Positions 1 through 10,033 of a stretch of 64,000 nt of DNA are shown here, in pieces. The translations under genes and the position numbers were made by a program. This DNA comes from a virus. Below the pieces are notes generated by a model. The model did no database searches. It was given only the letters and a program-made list of their open reading frames with translations, and was not told the DNA's origin. The stretch is taken from IMG/VR virus record IMGVR_UViG_3300025769_000068; one strand, written 5' to 3'. Every line of letters starts with the position of its first letter. Position 1 is the stretch's first letter.

Positions 1-2081
1 GGGGGCCAGTTTTTGATGGTGGGTTTGCTAAGAATGTTACAGCTATGGGAAAAACAGGCATAGAGTTTCGACCCCAACGTAATGATGCGGTTGATAGTAT
101 AGACGACGACCTTATACACTTTAAAGGATATGGAACAACATTAGGATCAGATAGAGAAAGTATTCGATCTGCCCACCTTCCACCAGAAGTTGCTGTCAAT
201 GGACCTTGGGGGAAAGATAGCTCGCCAGTAGAATCATATCATAACATGGCACAAGATATAAATAAGAATAATTATGATTTTTTGGTTTATGGTTCGCATC
301 AGTACTATACCTATTACGAAAATGAAGATGGCGATGAAAGCACTTTTGCTTTAAAACCAAATGATCCAAATGTGGTAACTTTTATAGCACTTGCTGGGGA
401 ATTTGCTGCTGCTGACGATCTAATTGCTCAAGATATTCTTATCAGAACTGGTTATATGAGTGACAGATCTTTTTACACTAAAGCTCGTGCATTTGGAGTG
501 GGTAGTGTTGGAATGGGAAGAGCTTTATACAGAGGAGATCCAGAAGTTGGAATTTATAATGCTGAAGGTTGTAGCGATGGTTTGCAACCTACTAGTATTC
601 TGGATCAAGCAAAATTAAACGATTTAAAGGAGGCTGATGGAGGAGGGGAAGATGACGGAATTGATATAGAACGTGTAAGGACAGTTCCTTATGATCATTA
701 TGTTGAATCAAAATTTGATAACTCAATAATTGGTCCTTGCGATCCTTACCAAGTACCAGCTGATGGTGACAACCAAGGGGCAGAATGTCTAGGTATTATT
801 ACTGCTAGAACTAAAATTTTAAGGTCTGGTGGCGGTGCAGTTAATTTTGAAACTATAAATAACTTTGGTATGGTTGGAACTGTTACAGCCTTTAGGCAAG
901 ATTCTACTTTATCTATATTACCGATAGGTGGAGTAGGTGTTGCGCTTGGAAGTGCTGGTAGCTTTAGTGTTAACCCAAGAAGCAAAGTGTGGGGTAATCG
1001 TGAACAAGGGCCAGAAAATTTTGGTATAACTGCGCTACATGTACAAATATTTGATTATTGGCCTCCAGAGCAAACTCTTTATATAGCTCCATATTTTACA
1101 GTATTGCATTTTAATGGAGGTAGATTTGGGTCAAGCGCGTTTAGGGAAAAGAAATGGTTCAGACAAAAACCATCTAGTGTAGAAATAAATTGGAAAGATC
1201 CCGTAGCTGGAACCCCAACTGAGCAGATGATTGCAGACGAGGGGCTACTGTCAGCAGAGGTTGATAGATTATCTTACGAAGGGGTAGACGTTAGAGTTCC
1301 AACAAAAGTTGGTTCTTTTATTTTGGGATCTTCAAGATTAACAGAAGGAGACACTGTTGATGCAGATACTAAATTAAGAGATAAAGCATATTGGGATGTA
1401 GATACAAGCGCAAGAGGTTTAATGCTATCCGATGGCGGTGCTGCCAGTACGCATTTTGCAATTGGAGTTGGAAACCGAAGCGACGAAGAACCTGAGAATG
1501 CTCTCGAACGTTTGCCAGATAATTATAGTATAATAGATGCTGGTGAAGGATTTGAGGTTGGTCAAAAGGTAACATCTGTATCAAAGGATGTCGTAATAGA
1601 GGTTACTTCAATAAGCAACAATGGAGCAATTAGTGCTTTTAAATTTCCCCACCAAACTATTGAAGAATTCAGTCAGGGTAAATTAGGATTTGGGGGTCCA
1701 AAAATGGGAGACTTTGAACCCTCAGATTTTCCCACAACACTATCGTTTATTAGCGGTGCTACGGGTGGAAGAACAGCTAGAATTAAATTTTTCAAAGGTA
1801 CTGTTTATCGTAAAGATGTATATCATAGAGGGCCAGATAGGTATACCCCGGCGTTTAAAGGGACCAGAATATCCGAATCTTGTGGAGATGGTAGTCAGTA
1901 TGTTAGAGGAAAGATCAAAACCACCTCAATTACATTAGAGGATAATTCCAGTTACCACCCCTATCCCGGTGAATATGAAGCATTTTTCTACTTTCATAAT
2001 GACATTACCCATACCTTTATGGGTGGAACCACGTTAAATTCTAATCCATATCTACAGTATATAAAGCTGACAATCAGTTAG
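1..2081 (+). CDS. Large putative virion structural protein, probably 5'-truncated
   Basis: Frame is open from the window start through the ATG at 45. Gly/Asp/Ser/Thr-rich, no enzyme motif, opposite strand to the replication genes. Confidence 0.45.
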   Translation, partial: GPVFDGGFAKNVTAMGKTGIEFRPQRNDAVDSIDDDLIHFKGYGTTLGSDRESIRSAHLPPEVAVNGPWGKDSSPVESYHNMAQDINKNNYDFLVYGSHQYYTYYENEDGDESTFALKPNDPNVVTFIALAGEFAAADDLIAQDILIRTGYMSDRSFYTKARAFGVGSVGMGRALYRGDPEVGIYNAEGCSDGLQPTSILDQAKLNDLKEADGGGEDDGIDIERVRTVPYDHYVESKFDNSIIGPCDPYQVPADGDNQGAECLGIITARTKILRSGGGAVNFETINNFGMVGTVTAFRQDSTLSILPIGGVGVALGSAGSFSVNPRSKVWGNREQGPENFGITALHVQIFDYWPPEQTLYIAPYFTVLHFNGGRFGSSAFREKKWFRQKPSSVEINWKDPVAGTPTEQMIADEGLLSAEVDRLSYEGVDVRVPTKVGSFILGSSRLTEGDTVDADTKLRDKAYWDVDTSARGLMLSDGGAASTHFAIGVGNRSDEEPENALERLPDNYSIIDAGEGFEVGQKVTSVSKDVVIEVTSISNNGAISAFKFPHQTIEEFSQGKLGFGGPKMGDFEPSDFPTTLSFISGATGGRTARIKFFKGTVYRKDVYHRGPDRYTPAFKGTRISESCGDGSQYVRGKIKTTSITLEDNSSYHPYPGEYEAFFYFHNDITHTFMGGTTLNSNPYLQYIKLTIS

Positions 2082-2085
2082 TTTT

Positions 2086-2095
2086 AGTGTATATT
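2086..2095 (+). promoter_or_regulatory. Putative phage late-promoter motif AGTGTATAT
   Basis: Same motif recurs upstream of genes at 35436-35445, 50696-50705 and 61878-61887 (all minus). Confidence 0.45.
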
Positions 2096-2128
2096 ATTAC
2101 GTAAACCGCTTTTTACAGGAGTTTTTCA

Positions 2129-2821
2129 ATGCCAGATATTAAATTTTATGCCAATATTTTAGGCGCAGATACTGAGACTTTAATTGACCATACCGCAAGT
2201 AGTGGTATTGGATTTTTTGGTAACGGCTTTGGAACTTCTGTGCCGATTGGAGAAGTTCAGACAACTACGTTTGTTACTAATAGTACGGGTACTACAGAGG
2301 CAGCGCAGTTAAATAATACGGCTTGGCTGACTTCTACCACTACGTCAGTAAATGGCACAAGTAGAAATCTTAATAATCTACCTAATTATCTTTGCCCTTT
2401 AAATATTAGATTTGAATCAGATACAACATATAAAGTACAAAATTGTAAACTAAGAATTTTTGATAGATCAAATATAGAAAATCATGCAACTGGTGTTTCA
2501 ACTTACGTTTACGAAGCTAGACATCCAGCTACAGATGCAACTCTTAATCAGTTGGCTTTTAGAGGAAGGGCTGCTAATACTTGGGTAGAATTTACGGATG
2601 GTGTTTCTATGGCAGATATGGTATTTACTAATTCTCCGGGGATGAGCGGTGTAAATACAAGTGCTGCCGACACAGATACTAATTTAGGATATGAATCTCA
2701 AGAGGCTGCTAGCCACTCTTCTACTCGCCATGATTGGTTTGTAGCACTTAGTTCTGAACCTGAAACGGTTGGAAGCAAAACTCAGTATGGACTTTACTTT
2801 ACTGTAGAGTACCTATCATAA
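2129..2821 (+). CDS. Putative virion structural protein
   Basis: 230 aa, Thr/Ser/Asn-rich; AGGAG RBS upstream. Confidence 0.5.
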   Translation: MPDIKFYANILGADTETLIDHTASSGIGFFGNGFGTSVPIGEVQTTTFVTNSTGTTEAAQLNNTAWLTSTTTSVNGTSRNLNNLPNYLCPLNIRFESDTTYKVQNCKLRIFDRSNIENHATGVSTYVYEARHPATDATLNQLAFRGRAANTWVEFTDGVSMADMVFTNSPGMSGVNTSAADTDTNLGYESQEAASHSSTRHDWFVALSSEPETVGSKTQYGLYFTVEYLS

Positions 2822-2850
2822 AAAACGAGGGGCATTTCTGCCCCCCGTTT
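2820..2850. terminator. Intrinsic terminator between convergent genes
   Basis: AAAAAACGAGGGGCA-TTTC-TGCCCCCCGTTT hairpin; the longer U tract is on the minus strand. Confidence 0.7.
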
Positions 2851-2901
2851 AGAGATAACATGTTGAACCTAGAATTAACTAGGTTATGATGTGAATCTCT
2901 A
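2850..2901 (-). ncRNA. Structured guide-like repeat, copy 1 (RNA 5-mers CAUCA / ACAUG)
   Basis: Plus: TAGAGA-TAACATGT-TGAA-CCTAG-AATTAA-CTAGG-TTATGATG-TGAA-TCTCTA; lies between a minus-strand stop codon and the terminator. Confidence 0.8.
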
Positions 2902-3231
2902 TTCCATAGCCTTGGTCTTTGGATTCCATTTGAGCCAACCATTATCTGGTAGCCATGTGTCACCATCCTTACGCTTAGGAAACAGACCGCCACCCTTTTT
3001 CATAGAGCCAAATGCTAGCTTGGCTCCACAATCTGCACATCGTAGTTCAAAGTATTCGTTTTCGTCTACAGTTCTAACAACAAACTTTAAATTCTCAGAA
3101 CCACACTTTCCACACTTACTCTCTTCAAAGACCTCTTGAAATCTTGAGATTTGAGTAAACAATTCTCTGTGCGTATCTGCTTCAAACTCTGCTGTAATTC
3201 TACTATTTGCTGTTGTATAATTTAGTTTCAT
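2899..3231 (-). CDS. Zinc-ribbon hypothetical protein
   Basis: Two CxxC motifs (CGKC, CADC). Confidence 0.6.
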   Translation of the reverse strand: MKLNYTTANSRITAEFEADTHRELFTQISRFQEVFEESKCGKCGSENLKFVVRTVDENEYFELRCADCGAKLAFGSMKKGGGLFPKRKDGDTWLPDNGWLKWNPKTKAME

Positions 3232-3990
3232 TTAATTTCTCCATTCTTGGTTATAACCTTTTAATTCGCTAGGAATTGTACTCTTATCCTTTTGATATCC
3301 ATTAAGAACATCAATAATGTCGCTAGCTACCTTCTTTGAAATCTTACGATTCTGATCTACTTTAAACATATCCTTAAATATTTTTCCTCCATCTACATTT
3401 AGTTGTTTACATTTTACGTCAATGAAATTGTACTGAGCATCACTCATTCTTCCAGAGTCGTCATAATCTCCACCGCTGCTACTGTTTTGCTTAGAAAGAT
3501 CTCGTACAATCTTTGCTGTATCTTTCTTGGTTAGTTCTTCTGCTGCCACACCCTTAATCTTTAGAACTTTACGTAAAGCTCTAGCTTCTGCCCTTGTGCT
3601 AGCAATAGCTACAGCAAATGCACAAAACATGTCGTCCGTATTGCCCTCCCAAGAATCTGCAACTTCTGAACATTTTAATCCATTTGCAAATTCTATGGTA
3701 AATATAACAGTAGCTCTACCGTGATGGTCGTCACGATCAGTAGGCTTGACCCATGTAGGACCACTAAAAGACATTGGCCCTAGAACAAGCTCAGAGACCC
3801 TCCTAAGCCCCGTTACGAGGGGATGACCATTCATTAGCTCATCTTCCTCAAATAGCGTCATAGCGTAATCATGCCATTCAGGTGATAGCATAGACGGCGC
3901 ATCTGATGAAACTACATTTTTTACAGATGTATCTGTATTTAATGGTGTACTCAATTCTTCTACTCCTTCAAAGATATTATCTTCAGTCAT
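3232..3990 (-). CDS. Putative Rad52/Sak-like single-strand annealing protein
   Basis: AIASTRAEARALRKVL helix typical of phage SSAPs; C-terminal MSDAQ module. Confidence 0.5.
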   Translation of the reverse strand: MTEDNIFEGVEELSTPLNTDTSVKNVVSSDAPSMLSPEWHDYAMTLFEEDELMNGHPLVTGLRRVSELVLGPMSFSGPTWVKPTDRDDHHGRATVIFTIEFANGLKCSEVADSWEGNTDDMFCAFAVAIASTRAEARALRKVLKIKGVAAEELTKKDTAKIVRDLSKQNSSSGGDYDDSGRMSDAQYNFIDVKCKQLNVDGGKIFKDMFKVDQNRKISKKVASDIIDVLNGYQKDKSTIPSELKGYNQEWRN

Positions 3991-3993
3991 TAT

Positions 3994-4758
3994 TTATACC
4001 TCGATTTCAATGTAACGTTTGGATTTCTTAGGGAATTTGGTAGCAATTCCTTGTAGCAAATCTATCAATTTATCTTTCAACTTTTCTTGCCCTGAGAGTG
4101 ACAGAGAATCAGAAAGGTTCTTTACTCTAATTATAGCAAAGCCTTTGCCTAAAATCAACCCTGTTTTATTTTCATCTGCTTTTATTTGTTTTTGTAGTTT
4201 TCCCTCCCCCCAAATGGGTAGGAAGTGAGATGGTCCGTCAATCTCAATAATAGTTTTAAGTTTAGGTAGATACATATCTATTTCTAGATTTTCATTTGGT
4301 ATTAGGTTTTTCTTATGTATTTCTACTACAAATCCAGACTTAGTTAATTCATATTTTAAGTTTTTTTCTAGCTTGGAACCTTCTCTACCAGCCTTTTGTA
4401 TAGCCTGAGTTGCGAGCGACGACATTCTTTTTTTGTCAGCCTCGCTCATATTTACCCATCGTTCTTTTGCTTGTTGTACATACTTTTGATATTCTTTCTC
4501 GCCCATACTGGCCCATCTTTTGACTAAGCTTTGACTAATTTTTAAGCGTTCAGACTTAGACCTTTTTGTTCCTTGGGTGGGTATTTTAGCAACGCCTTTT
4601 TTGAGTGCATTTTTTTGTGCATCACTTTTAGACTTTATCTGAACACCATGTTTTATCAAGACTCTTCTAATCTTGTTTGGGTAAGTTTTATGCTCTTCAG
4701 CAATTTCATACGTGCTTTTACCAGCGTTGTAAGATTTAACTACTTGGTTTTCATTCAT
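3994..4758 (-). CDS. HTH + Vsr/DUF559-like endonuclease (homing-endonuclease-like)
   Basis: N-terminal HTH (STYEIAEE), basic NUMOD-like linker, C-terminal EIDMY..IIEIDGPSH. Confidence 0.65.
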   Translation of the reverse strand: MNENQVVKSYNAGKSTYEIAEEHKTYPNKIRRVLIKHGVQIKSKSDAQKNALKKGVAKIPTQGTKRSKSERLKISQSLVKRWASMGEKEYQKYVQQAKERWVNMSEADKKRMSSLATQAIQKAGREGSKLEKNLKYELTKSGFVVEIHKKNLIPNENLEIDMYLPKLKTIIEIDGPSHFLPIWGEGKLQKQIKADENKTGLILGKGFAIIRVKNLSDSLSLSGQEKLKDKLIDLLQGIATKFPKKSKRYIEIEV

Positions 4759-5204
4759 GATTTATTTCCTAAAATAGTATTTACTATTCCAACTAAATCT
4801 TTATTTGTATTAATTGGAGTTTTACTTGTTACTCTATAAAAATTCTTATAGCTATCCTCGTCACTAGCAATTGTAGGTATGTTTTCTGTGCTTAATAATT
4901 CTAGCATTTTTAAAACATTATAGTTATACCAACCAAAGCAATAATACTGCTTATAATTGTTTATATATTTTATTGATTTTTCTAGTGAGGGCAAGCTAAA
5001 TACTAGTAGGCTTCCTGTAAAATTCCATAAGTCAGTAGCGTTAAAAAATCCAGCATTAACTGGTAAATTAACTGGCCCGATATCATCATAGAAAATACTA
5101 ACGTCTTTTAATAAGTTTTCTGATTTAGCCCTATTAATTTCTTGAGAAACAAGGGGCATCAATGGACTATCGAGCCGTTCTAAATAAATACCTAAATTTA
5201 ACAT
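4755..5204 (-). CDS. Hypothetical protein (glycan cluster)
   Basis: 149-aa ORF in tight operon. Confidence 0.5.
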   Translation of the reverse strand: MLNLGIYLERLDSPLMPLVSQEINRAKSENLLKDVSIFYDDIGPVNLPVNAGFFNATDLWNFTGSLLVFSLPSLEKSIKYINNYKQYYCFGWYNYNVLKMLELLSTENIPTIASDEDSYKNFYRVTSKTPINTNKDLVGIVNTILGNKS

Positions 5205-6041
5205 CTACGCTCCTTTTATTTGTGACAAGATTGTTTTAGCCCTATTATTCCCCGTATGATTTTCTTTTACAATACTTACAATGTCTTTAAAATCGGTAAT
5301 TTTGTTTTCGTCGTTATAGTTTACGTTAAATTCTTTCTTGAGCATTTTATTTAATGTTTCTTGTATCTTGCTACCGTCTTCGTTGTCGTAGTATGTTGGC
5401 ACACCGCTGCAAAGAGCGTTTAAAAACGTTTGATTTATTTTTTGTAAATCCTTGAAAATAATTTCATTGTACTTTGGAAATAAAGATCTTAATGATATTG
5501 ATGGTAAGAATATGTCTACGTTTTCTTGCTTTACTTTATTTCCAATTCCGATTACGTGAAAGCTACCTTCATAGCCTATATTTTCATGTATTTTATCTAT
5601 AATTATAGCTTTTCCTACATTGTAGTTGAAATGTAAGTCTTCTATTTGGTTAACATCTGCTGCCTGATAAACTTTGACTACGTTTAAACGATCAATACTT
5701 CTTGGAAAGCTTTCTTCTGACGTAAAAAGAAAACCTACTTCCACATTGTTTTCTTTTAAGAATGATGCAAGTTCTTTTGTATTATCTAAATTTAAGTTAT
5801 CTACATTAATTATTAACTTTAAATTAGATTGCTGTAAATACTCAATTACACCTTTATTTATTCTGTTCGCAGAAATTATTAGAATGTCTGGATTTACAGT
5901 GTCGCATACATCAAAAACGCTATTACTAGCTACGTCAAAAACATGAGATTCGTGACCAAAGGTTTTAAAGCCTTCGTTTAAATATAGCGATTGACTGTTG
6001 TTGTGATCAGAGTAATTATCAATTAGTATTTTCATAAACAA
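5205..6041 (-). CDS. Hypothetical protein, possibly degenerate glycosyltransferase
   Basis: PDILII segment and C-terminal ENHTxxNRAKTIL resemble CgeB-like GTs. Confidence 0.4.
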   Translation of the reverse strand: MFMKILIDNYSDHNNSQSLYLNEGFKTFGHESHVFDVASNSVFDVCDTVNPDILIISANRINKGVIEYLQQSNLKLIINVDNLNLDNTKELASFLKENNVEVGFLFTSEESFPRSIDRLNVVKVYQAADVNQIEDLHFNYNVGKAIIIDKIHENIGYEGSFHVIGIGNKVKQENVDIFLPSISLRSLFPKYNEIIFKDLQKINQTFLNALCSGVPTYYDNEDGSKIQETLNKMLKKEFNVNYNDENKITDFKDIVSIVKENHTGNNRAKTILSQIKGA

Positions 6042-6775
6042 TCTCTCAGTTTCTGGTAAGTTTTTACATTGTTAATTTTCTGTACGGGGTGCATATTTTG
6101 TATAACTTCTATATTATGTTTGGTTTTAATTAATTCATTAAAGGCTTCAAATAAAAATCTCTGTTTATAATTATCATTAGATATTACCTTTCTTAAATAT
6201 TCTATAGTTTCATAACTGTTAAAAAAAATAATTTCAGACCAAGTGTAGTATGCGCCAAAACCAAAATGTTCTGCAAAGTTTTTAGATCCGGTGTTTACTC
6301 CTATTTCAAGGTCGTCGTTTTTATCTATCTCTGTCATAACATATGAACTGTGACTACCGTTTAGAGATTTAAAAGTTTTAGAATCTATTATTAGACTACC
6401 ATCGCATATAATAATCTTCTCGTTGTTTATATTATTTAAGCATAGCCTTACGCTCTCGCAAGAGTTGGATTTGTCAAATATTTGATTCTCTATAATCCTA
6501 ATATTAATATTTCTGTATTTATTTTTAACATATTTGCAAACCCTGTCAGAGTCATATCCAACGCATAAAACTATTTCAAAATTTTTAAACACACTTTTAA
6601 TTGCGTTAATCTGGATATCAATTAATCTTTTTGTTTTAAAAGGTATTAATGGTATTGCTCCATAGGATTTCATTCTATAGCCGGGACTATCGCAAAGAAA
6701 AACTATTGTAATTAATGAATCAGGCATTGTCGGTTTAAATCTAGGCGATGTTATACATTGCTTTTTTACAGACAT
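6032..6775 (-). CDS. Sugar-phosphate nucleotidyltransferase-like protein
   Basis: GYRMKSYGAIPLI..LIDIQI, VGY, SNSCESVRL, IICDG resemble the LicC/GlmU NTP-transferase fold. Confidence 0.6.
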   Translation of the reverse strand: MSVKKQCITSPRFKPTMPDSLITIVFLCDSPGYRMKSYGAIPLIPFKTKRLIDIQINAIKSVFKNFEIVLCVGYDSDRVCKYVKNKYRNINIRIIENQIFDKSNSCESVRLCLNNINNEKIIICDGSLIIDSKTFKSLNGSHSSYVMTEIDKNDDLEIGVNTGSKNFAEHFGFGAYYTWSEIIFFNSYETIEYLRKVISNDNYKQRFLFEAFNELIKTKHNIEVIQNMHPVQKINNVKTYQKLRDCL

Positions 6776-7506
6776 GAATACAATTCTTTCTCTTTAGAGA
6801 ATTTAATTACATTATCAATATTTTTAGCGTACTCTGCATTTTCATCGTTAAGGCTTTGCACCTTATAAGCTAGATTAGAAATAAACAATTCTTCGTCGCA
6901 TTCTACTACAATTGCTTTTGTCATTTCGTTATTAATTAAGTTATTTACTTTTTCTAGAACATTTTCATTTTTTACTGCGTCTAAAATAACATGGAAAGAC
7001 TTTCTTGTTTTTAAAAGTATAGAATGCATTGTCGTGTTGAAATCAATGTATTGAGTCACGGGGCAGTCTATATTAAACTTACTAATAATTTTTCTGGAAA
7101 AATCTAGAATTTTATATTTTTCATGTAGATCATTACTCGATTTATGTATTAGTCGAACATTAAACTTACCCTTGTAATTTAATAATTTTAGTATTGATTC
7201 TTGATCTAGATTTGAAATATCAGAACACTCTATAAACAAGTCAAAAGATAGAGAAGATTGCTCGTTTGCAATTAATAATTCTTGATTTAAATCTTCATGC
7301 GTTTTTTGATTTCTATATAAGTTACAAAGTCTACCAATTACGTAAAATTCTTTTTCATCATCGTAAGCTTCTATGATTTCTTTTGCTTCTTTAAATTTTT
7401 CTAGTCTGTTTGCAAAACATCCCACTTGCGTGTCACCCTCGTAGACTGCAAATATGCATTCTTTGCAGGAAGTTTCAACCATTTTGTCTGATGGCTTTGA
7501 TTTCAT
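6766..7506 (-). CDS. Hypothetical protein with Cys-rich N-terminus
   Basis: CKECIFA..C..C cluster. Confidence 0.5.
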   Translation of the reverse strand: MKSKPSDKMVETSCKECIFAVYEGDTQVGCFANRLEKFKEAKEIIEAYDDEKEFYVIGRLCNLYRNQKTHEDLNQELLIANEQSSLSFDLFIECSDISNLDQESILKLLNYKGKFNVRLIHKSSNDLHEKYKILDFSRKIISKFNIDCPVTQYIDFNTTMHSILLKTRKSFHVILDAVKNENVLEKVNNLINNEMTKAIVVECDEELFISNLAYKVQSLNDENAEYAKNIDNVIKFSKEKELYSCL

Positions 7507-7897
7507 ATGTCGTTCCTTTGATTACCGAGGTATCAATCAATACTCCAAGAGATTTTAGAATTTTTTCTACTTCACAGCAATTTTGTAAAGAGCTTACATC
7601 TTTAAGTACTGCGCTGAATTGTTTTGAGTCTATGCTGTCGTTTACAAAAAGCGTACAACAAGATCTTAAATCAGTGCCATTTACTGAAAGCTTACCATTT
7701 AATCTTAGTTTTTGAACAGCAAGTGAAAGTACTTTTAATGATTCTTCATACTCCATTCTGTCAATACACTCTGTAATGTATATTTCTTCTGATGAGTGGT
7801 CAGTCACTTCCTGTAGTGCAGCTAATCCATATTTTGTTTCAATTACTTCAAACCCTTCAACCCCGTTTGTATTTTCATAACATATTTGTATTTTCAT
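7475..7897 (-). CDS. Hypothetical protein (weak methyltransferase-like)
   Basis: DHSSEEIY..KLRLNGKL resembles a class I MTase segment. Confidence 0.35.
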   Translation of the reverse strand: MKIQICYENTNGVEGFEVIETKYGLAALQEVTDHSSEEIYITECIDRMEYEESLKVLSLAVQKLRLNGKLSVNGTDLRSCCTLFVNDSIDSKQFSAVLKDVSSLQNCCEVEKILKSLGVLIDTSVIKGTTYEIKAIRQNG

Positions 7898-7899
7898 TT

Positions 7900-8889
7900 T
7901 TATTTAGCCTCATAAATTTCATCAAAAGTTTCGTTCCAGTTTTTAATAAATTGTTCCTCTGAAAATAATTCTTTAATTGTTTTCCTAGCATTTTCCCCCA
8001 AGTTCTTTCTTAGATCTTGGTCTTTTAAAAGAGTTTTCACATACATTTTTAATTCTTCTTCGTCATTAGATACATATCCGTTCTTCCCATTGTCTATCAC
8101 CTCTGGAATCATACAGGTCGAGGTTGAAACAATCGCGCAACCGCAACTCATAGCCTCTAGTAATGACATTGGTATTGGACTAAGGGTAGTAGTATTTAAA
8201 TAAACAGAGCATTTATTATACTCTTCTACTAATTCATTTACATCTTTGCAATTTTTTGTACCATCTCCGTTGCCCTCTCCTACTAATTTTGTTTTTAACC
8301 CTTGTGTAACTCTTTCCCAGCCAGAGTAATTTAAACAGTAATCTCTTTCTTTAAACTTATTCGCTACTGTTAAAACATAATCTTCTTTTTCGACTTCTTT
8401 CTGGCAAAATATATCAGTGTCAAGTCCGTGATGAATAACTTTAGAGTTTTCTAAAATTCCCCATTGCTGTCTAGAAAAATCTGATATAAAAACATTTTTG
8501 TTTCCAACCATCTTTTTCATTTGTTCTATATGCTCTGTCTTAATAGTTTGTGGTGTTGGCAAGGTGTGTTCTAAAACAATTACCTTCATGGGAAATTTCT
8601 GTAAAATATCCATAGCGACTTGGTATTGCCAGTATTTACTTTGAATCAACATAAAATCATATTCTATAAAACTAACCATTTGGTTTTTGGGCAATATATA
8701 ATAATTCTCTGGAACTTTTGCTTGCTCTTTATTCCAAGTCTTGTTATTATCTAAACTAAAAGAATAAAAATTATGCCCAGTTTTACACAGTTGAGTTTCA
8801 TATCTTTCGTGAGTAGGAAAAGTAAGAATATTATATTTTTCCTTTTTGTTTGAATTGCAGGATTCAATAATTTTTTGTACACTATTCAC
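7900..8889 (-). CDS. Glycosyltransferase family 4
   Basis: PMSLLEAMSCGCAIVST..EVIDNGKNG. Confidence 0.85.
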   Translation of the reverse strand: MNSVQKIIESCNSNKKEKYNILTFPTHERYETQLCKTGHNFYSFSLDNNKTWNKEQAKVPENYYILPKNQMVSFIEYDFMLIQSKYWQYQVAMDILQKFPMKVIVLEHTLPTPQTIKTEHIEQMKKMVGNKNVFISDFSRQQWGILENSKVIHHGLDTDIFCQKEVEKEDYVLTVANKFKERDYCLNYSGWERVTQGLKTKLVGEGNGDGTKNCKDVNELVEEYNKCSVYLNTTTLSPIPMSLLEAMSCGCAIVSTSTCMIPEVIDNGKNGYVSNDEEELKMYVKTLLKDQDLRKNLGENARKTIKELFSEEQFIKNWNETFDEIYEAK

Positions 8890-10033
8890 TTAAGTAGTCC
8901 TTTATTTTGTTAGCAATGTTCTCATAACTAAATTGTTTGGCACGTTCTAAACCAGATGCGCGATCAATATTATCTCTGTTCTCGTAATAATATCTCATTT
9001 GTTTTTTAGTTTCTGATTCACTAGGCTCAAACCATTCTTCTCTACCAGTAAAAATGTGAGGAAATGCAGCGTCTGGACAGTTGCATACATTATAAATACC
9101 GTTGATTAAAGATCCAGTGTTTACATCAGAAGCATCTATAAAATCTTTAGGACCACCTTCATTGCTACATATCGGAGTATTACCAAAAGCCATTGCGTCA
9201 AAAGCTGGTATAGACCACGCTTCTCCATGAGAAATAGTAATAAAGCAATCACATCTTTGATGTATAGAATTAATTTGATCCGACGTTAAATCTTCAGTTA
9301 CAACTATTTCTGAACAAAATTTTTCTAGGCTTGGTTTAGTTCTTATGGTTTTTTTTATACTTGTAGAGTTATCTGTATATATTTTTCTAAGCTGTTCTTT
9401 AGTAGTGCCAAACTTATTAATCTTTACTAGCAAAGCCACTTTTTCGTCGTTGCAAAACTCGCTATGAAAAGATTTAATTATAGAGTCTATATTCTTTCTA
9501 CTATTGTAGTCTCCAATGTAGTAAAATATAAATTTGTCTTTCATGTCTTGTAGATTAATTTTTTCATACTCTTTAGAGTATACTGATAAATCAAAACAAT
9601 GCGGAACAATTTTACAATTTTTTATACCAGCATCGCTTACCACCTTGTGCAAAGTTTTATTAGCAACCCATACTTCGTCTACTAGGCGTAAATTATTTGT
9701 CCACTCATTTTGTTTCATGTTATTCGTTTCATATTCAAAATAAGCTACGTTTTTCTTGAATTTAGTTGTAGAAACCAAATGATGTGGCAATACGTGTTGT
9801 ATACAATAATCTACATTATCTAAAGATTTATTTTCTAGTTCTATAACCCGCTGTGGAATATCTACGTACTTGTTTGTTAAAGAAACATTTCTGCAAACAA
9901 CATCTATGCCTATAGAATCTAAAGCTTGAATAAAATCTATTGAAGCTTTTGCCCAACCACCACCTTCTCTGTAATGTCCTATGAATAATACTTTCATCTT
10001 AATCCAAAAGCCTCCGCTCTTTTTTGTTCCCAA
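8882..10033 (-). CDS. Glycosyltransferase family 4 (likely start at MKVLFIG)
   Basis: RKNIDSII; EAWSIPAFDAMAFGNTPI. Confidence 0.85.
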   Translation of the reverse strand: MGTKKSGGFWIKMKVLFIGHYREGGGWAKASIDFIQALDSIGIDVVCRNVSLTNKYVDIPQRVIELENKSLDNVDYCIQHVLPHHLVSTTKFKKNVAYFEYETNNMKQNEWTNNLRLVDEVWVANKTLHKVVSDAGIKNCKIVPHCFDLSVYSKEYEKINLQDMKDKFIFYYIGDYNSRKNIDSIIKSFHSEFCNDEKVALLVKINKFGTTKEQLRKIYTDNSTSIKKTIRTKPSLEKFCSEIVVTEDLTSDQINSIHQRCDCFITISHGEAWSIPAFDAMAFGNTPICSNEGGPKDFIDASDVNTGSLINGIYNVCNCPDAAFPHIFTGREEWFEPSESETKKQMRYYYENRDNIDRASGLERAKQFSYENIANKIKDYLSE